Sequence record: DRR723986_609
Direction: 5' to 3' (one strand)
DNA length: 40,885 bases
Shown here: one piece after another, positions 36,890-40,885 of the stretch
Layout: each line of letters begins with the position of its first letter
How positions within the stretch are numbered: position 1 is the first letter of the stretch
Program-made: the position numbers and the translations under genes
The notes under the pieces: model-generated
Told to the model about the DNA's origin: nothing
The model's input: only the letters and a program-made list of their open reading frames with translations
Database searches by the model: none

Positions 36890-38332
36890 TCACCCTACAC
36901 TATTCTCTAACGAAATCGCTAATAATTTTTGTGCTTCAACGGCAAACTCCATTGGAAGCTTGTTCAAAACTTCTTTACAATATCCATTCACAATCAAACT
37001 GATAGCTTTTTCTTCAGATAAACCTCTTTGCTGGCAATAGAAAATTTGATCTTCTCCAATTTTTGAAGTCGTTGCTTCGTGCTCAAGTTTAGCCGAATTG
37101 TTTTGACATTCGATATAAGGAAAAGTATGTGCCCCACATTCATCTGTCATTAACAAACTATCACATTGTGTAAAATTTCTTGCATTGTCAGCTTTCGAGT
37201 GAATCTGAACTAATCCTCTGTATGAGTTTTGCGATTTCCCCGCCGAGATTCCTTTAGAAATAACTGTACTCTTCGTATTCTTTCCTAAATGAATCATTTT
37301 GGTGCCTGTATCGGCTTGCTGAAAATTATTAGTAACCGCAACTGAATAAAACTCACCAATTGAATTATCACCTTTTAAGATACAAGATGGATACTTCCAT
37401 GTCACGGCAGATCCTGTCTCTACTTGTGTCCAAGATATTTTCGAGTTTGTATGACAGATCCCCCTTTTTGTTACAAAATTGTATACACCCCCTTTACCTT
37501 CTTTGTCTCCAGGGAACCAGTTTTGAACAGTTGAGTATTTGATTTCAGCATCATCCAATGCAATCAATTCTACAACCGCCGCGTGCAATTGGTTTTCATC
37601 TCGCTGAGGTGCAGTACATCCTTCAAGATAAGAAACATAACTACCAGCATCTGCAACTAATAAAGTTCTTTCAAATTGACCCGTTCCTGATTCGTTTATT
37701 CTGAAGTAAGTTGATAACTCCATTGGGCACTTAACACCTTTCGGAATGTAGCAAAATGAGCCGTCTGAAAATACTGCTGAATTTAAAGCCGCATAAAAGT
37801 TGTCCGTTGACGGTACAACCGTTCCTAAATATTTTTTAACCAATTCAGGGTGATCTTTAACAGCTTCACTGAATGAACAAAAGATAATGTCTAACTCGGC
37901 CAATTTTTCTTTGAATGATGTCGCAACAGAAACTGAGTCCATCACGAAATCTACTGCCACGCCTGTCAATTTTTTTTGCTCGTCCATAGATATGCCGAGC
38001 TTGTCCATGGTTGCCTTCATTTCTGGGTCAACATCATCCCAACTTTCATATTGCTTTTTTGGAGCAGCGAAATAAGATATTTCTTGAAATTTAGGTTTAG
38101 CGTAATGTACATGAGCCCATTCTGGCTCTGTCATTTCTTGCCATACTTTGAAAGCGTTTAAGCGATACTCTAGTAACCATTCTGGCTCCTCTTTTTTAGC
38201 TGAAATTATACGAATTACTTCTTCGTTTAATCCCACAGGAATTTTGTCAGATTCTATGTTGGATGTAAACCCAAATTCATATTCTTGACTTTTTAATTCC
38301 TCTTTTAATTCATCCTCTGTATATCCGGCCAT
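36890..38332 (-). CDS. sufB: Fe-S cluster assembly protein SufB
   Basis: [34 protein letters not shown] and EHEATTSKI motifs. Confidence 0.97.
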   Translation of the reverse strand: MAGYTEDELKEELKSQEYEFGFTSNIESDKIPVGLNEEVIRIISAKKEEPEWLLEYRLNAFKVWQEMTEPEWAHVHYAKPKFQEISYFAAPKKQYESWDDVDPEMKATMDKLGISMDEQKKLTGVAVDFVMDSVSVATSFKEKLAELDIIFCSFSEAVKDHPELVKKYLGTVVPSTDNFYAALNSAVFSDGSFCYIPKGVKCPMELSTYFRINESGTGQFERTLLVADAGSYVSYLEGCTAPQRDENQLHAAVVELIALDDAEIKYSTVQNWFPGDKEGKGGVYNFVTKRGICHTNSKISWTQVETGSAVTWKYPSCILKGDNSIGEFYSVAVTNNFQQADTGTKMIHLGKNTKSTVISKGISAGKSQNSYRGLVQIHSKADNARNFTQCDSLLMTDECGAHTFPYIECQNNSAKLEHEATTSKIGEDQIFYCQQRGLSEEKAISLIVNGYCKEVLNKLPMEFAVEAQKLLAISLENSVG

Positions 38333-38395
38333 CTAAATTTTTTATTTCTCTCTAATAGATTAAATCTAAAATTGAATGTCTTTTGAAAGAGTCAG

Positions 38396-38719
38396 CTACA
38401 GTGAAAATGATTCACCGCATCCGCAAGTTCTTGAAGCGTTTGGATTAGTAAAAACAAAACCTTTTCCATTTAATCCTCCGCTATAATCTAAAGTAGTACC
38501 TACGAGATACAAAACACTTTTCTTATCCATCACCACTTTTACTCCATTATCCTGGAATTCTTTATCATCCTCATTCATCTGATTATCAAATTTCAATTGA
38601 TACATCAAACCTGAACATCCGCCACCTTCAACACCTACTCGAATAAAGTGATCCGCTTTTCCTTCTTCAGCCATCATTCTGATTGCTGTATCCTTTGCTG
38701 TGTCTGTTACTTTTATCAT
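38396..38719 (-). CDS. sufA: A-type Fe-S carrier (SufA/IscA, HesB family)
   Basis: GGGCSG and NPNASRTCGCGESF motifs; first gene of the suf operon. Confidence 0.9.
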   Translation of the reverse strand: MIKVTDTAKDTAIRMMAEEGKADHFIRVGVEGGGCSGLMYQLKFDNQMNEDDKEFQDNGVKVVMDKKSVLYLVGTTLDYSGGLNGKGFVFTNPNASRTCGCGESFSL

Positions 38720-38725
38720 GATTCT

Positions 38726-38750
38726 CTTATTTGTAATTCATCTAAATAAG
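38726..38750. promoter_or_regulatory. Palindromic operator immediately upstream of sufA (Fur-box-like)
   Basis: CTTATTT-GTAATTCATCT-AAATAAG with perfect 7-bp arms, 6 nt from the start codon. Confidence 0.6.
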
Positions 38751-38873
38751 ACGAACTAGAGTACAAAAATACCACTTTTGTGGTATTGCCATGTCGATTA
38801 GTTTGATTTATTCCGTCTAAAATTCACATCACATCATATAAATAACACTTAATCAGTAGGTTAGTAATTATTT

Positions 38874-38895
38874 TTATTTAGAACGATTCTAAACA
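38874..38895. promoter_or_regulatory. Second palindromic operator of the same type, upstream of sdhC
   Basis: TTA-TTTAGAA-CGA-TTCTAAA-CA; the 7-3-7 core is a perfect inverted repeat. Confidence 0.6.
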
Positions 38896-38992
38896 GCTAA
38901 TGATTAGTCTAAAGAATGATTGATTTTCGCTCTTAAAACAAAATGACGGTTAATTTTGTTCTTAACTAAACCTTAAGACGTAATTTCAATAT

Positions 38993-39646
38993 ATGAAAAC
39001 TTCTATCGCAAGGAAAATCTTAATGGCCTTATCAGGCTTCTTCCTTTTATTTTTTCTACTTCAGCATTTGACAATAAATTCATTATCACTTTGTTCTGAA
39101 GACACATTCAACAGTGTTTCCCATTTTATGGGTTATAATCCAGTTGTTCAGTATGTCCTACAACCAGTTCTAATTTTTGGTGTACTTTTTCATCTCATCA
39201 TGGGGATGTACCTAGAGGCACAGAATAACAAGGCTAGAACTAAAAAGTACGCGAGTAACAATGCTGCTGCTAATTCCACTTGGATGTCACGTAACATGAT
39301 CATTACTGGAATTATGGTAATGTTGTTTTTAGGATTACACTTTTATGATTTCTGGGCAGTAGAAATGAATTACAAATACGTTGCAAAGCTTCCTGAAGAT
39401 CCCACAAGATATTATGAAGAATTACAGCATAAGTTTGTAGATGTATGGCGTGTTGCTATTTACGTTTTGTCATTCGTGTTCTTATCATTGCATTTAATGC
39501 ATGGATTTCAGTCTGCGTTTCAATCAGTTGGATTCAGACATAACAAATACACTCCGATTATTAAAAAATTAGGTACTCTGTATGCAATCTTAGTTCCACT
39601 AGGATTTATCGTAATAGCAGTTTATCATCATGTTTCACAACTTTAA
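38993..39646 (+). CDS. sdhC: Succinate dehydrogenase/fumarate reductase cytochrome b subunit
   Basis: SIARKILMALSG, five TM helices with heme-ligand His, HLMHGFQSAFQSVG. Confidence 0.93.
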   Translation: MKTSIARKILMALSGFFLLFFLLQHLTINSLSLCSEDTFNSVSHFMGYNPVVQYVLQPVLIFGVLFHLIMGMYLEAQNNKARTKKYASNNAAANSTWMSRNMIITGIMVMLFLGLHFYDFWAVEMNYKYVAKLPEDPTRYYEELQHKFVDVWRVAIYVLSFVFLSLHLMHGFQSAFQSVGFRHNKYTPIIKKLGTLYAILVPLGFIVIAVYHHVSQL

Positions 39647-39656
39647 TATTATTTAG

Positions 39657-40885
39657 ATGTCAGTATTAAATTCAAAAGTACCTGAAGGTCCAATTAAAGA
39701 TAAGTGGACAAACCATAAAAATCACATCAATTTAGTAAATCCTGCAAATAAGCGTTTGATTGACGTTATTGTTGTAGGAACTGGATTAGCTGGAGGTTCT
39801 GCTGCAGCATCTTTAGCAGAGATGGGATATAAAGTAAAAGCATTTGCTTTTCAAGATTCACCAAGACGTGCGCACTCAATTGCTGCACAAGGTGGTATTA
39901 ACGCAGCGAAAAACTATCAAAATGATGGTGATTCTACTTACAGATTATTCTATGATACAGTAAAAGGTGGAGATTATAGAGGAAGAGAAGCAAACGTTTA
40001 TCGTTTAGCTGAGGTTTCTGCAAATATTATTGACCAATGTGTTGCTCAAGGTGTTCCTTTTGCAAGAGATTATGGTGGATTATTAGATAACAGATCGTTT
40101 GGTGGTGTACTTGTTTCTAGAACCTTCTATGCGAAAGGCCAAACGGGACAGCAATTATTATTGGGTGCTTATTCAGCAATGAATCGCCAAATTGGAAAAG
40201 GAAAAATTGAAATGTATAACCGTCATGAGATGTTAGATCTTGTAAAAGTTGACGGTAAAGCAAGAGGAATCATTGTAAGAAACCTTGTTACCGGTGAAAT
40301 TGAAAGACATTCTGCTCACGCAGTTGTACTTGCTACTGGTGGTTATGGAAATGTTTTCTTCTTGTCGACCAACGCAATGGGATCAAATGTTTCTGCTGCA
40401 TGGCGTGCACATAGAAGAGGAGCATTTTTTGCTAATCCTTGCTACACGCAAATTCACCCAACTTGTATTCCACGTTCAGGTGATTATCAATCTAAATTGA
40501 CATTGATGTCAGAATCACTTAGAAATGATGGTCGTATCTGGGTGCCAAAAAATATGGAAGATGTTGAAGCGATTCGATCTGGAAAGAAAAAGCCGGTTGA
40601 ATTGTCAGAAGACGAAAGAGATTATTACTTAGAAAGAAGATATCCTGCCTTTGGAAATTTAGTACCAAGGGATGTTGCTTCAAGAGCTGCAAAAGAAAGA
40701 TGTGATGCTGGTTTCGGTGTAAACGCAACGGGAGAAGCAGTATTTTTAGATTTTGCATCTGCTATTCAACGTTATGGGAAAGAGGCAGCTACCGTGAAAG
40801 GTGAGAAGAACGCTTCAAAAGAAAGAATTACTGAATTGGGAGAAGAGGTTATCAGAAATAAGTATGGTAACTTATTCCAGATGTA
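39657..40885 (+). CDS. sdhA: Succinate dehydrogenase/fumarate reductase flavoprotein subunit, 3'-truncated by the window edge; not in the ORF track
   Basis: Hand translation from ATG 39657: [17 protein letters not shown]...VVGTGLAGG...[18 protein letters not shown]...QIHPTCIP...[11 protein letters not shown]. Confidence 0.95.
   Translation, partial: MSVLNSKVPEGPIKDKWTNHKNHINLVNPANKRLIDVIVVGTGLAGGSAAASLAEMGYKVKAFAFQDSPRRAHSIAAQGGINAAKNYQNDGDSTYRLFYDTVKGGDYRGREANVYRLAEVSANIIDQCVAQGVPFARDYGGLLDNRSFGGVLVSRTFYAKGQTGQQLLLGAYSAMNRQIGKGKIEMYNRHEMLDLVKVDGKARGIIVRNLVTGEIERHSAHAVVLATGGYGNVFFLSTNAMGSNVSAAWRAHRRGAFFANPCYTQIHPTCIPRSGDYQSKLTLMSESLRNDGRIWVPKNMEDVEAIRSGKKKPVELSEDERDYYLERRYPAFGNLVPRDVASRAAKERCDAGFGVNATGEAVFLDFASAIQRYGKEAATVKGEKNASKERITELGEEVIRNKYGNLFQM

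Noticed and set aside
34462-38719. Absence of sufS/sufE as a novel Suf system
   Set aside because: Split suf loci are common, and these genes may lie outside the window.
1482-40758. Short antisense or alternative-frame ORFs of 60-95 aa in the track (e.g. 1482, 4561, 11953, 19012, 27027, 34848, 40285, 40519)
   Set aside because: All lie within or largely overlap well-supported genes and show no motifs; treated as shadow ORFs.

Overview
AT-rich chromosomal window from a Bacteroidota bacterium, most likely Flavobacteriales. The evidence is T9SS C-terminal domains, TTTG/TAnnTTTG promoters, a Bacteroidota-type sdhCA pair and Flavobacterial REP-like palindromes. The window holds: housekeeping genes (mlaEF, gpsA, sufA-B-C-D, sdhC and partial sdhA); a carotenoid locus (B12-binding MerR/CarH-LitR-type regulator, ECF sigma, crtI-crtB-orf-crtD-cruF-crtZ-lycopene cyclase) with a visible set of palindromic operators; a LytTR/TonB-dependent receptor pair; two T9SS cargo proteins, one built from five copies of a Cys-rich domain I do not recognise; and an AhpD-like/ArsS radical SAM pair. 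The most notable finding is missing from the ORF track: a 39-codon ORF with 12 Cys (28543-28662, minus strand) that looks like a metallothionein. It lies just downstream of a SigZ-type ECF sigma factor with a Cys-rich tail. Both genes carry the same ECF-type promoter (TGCRTC-N15-CGTCT) and a strong terminator closes the unit, making this a candidate two-gene metal-sensing and metal-sequestering module. No rRNA, tRNA, CRISPR array or transposase was seen. All family assignments come from motif recognition by eye, not from database searches.
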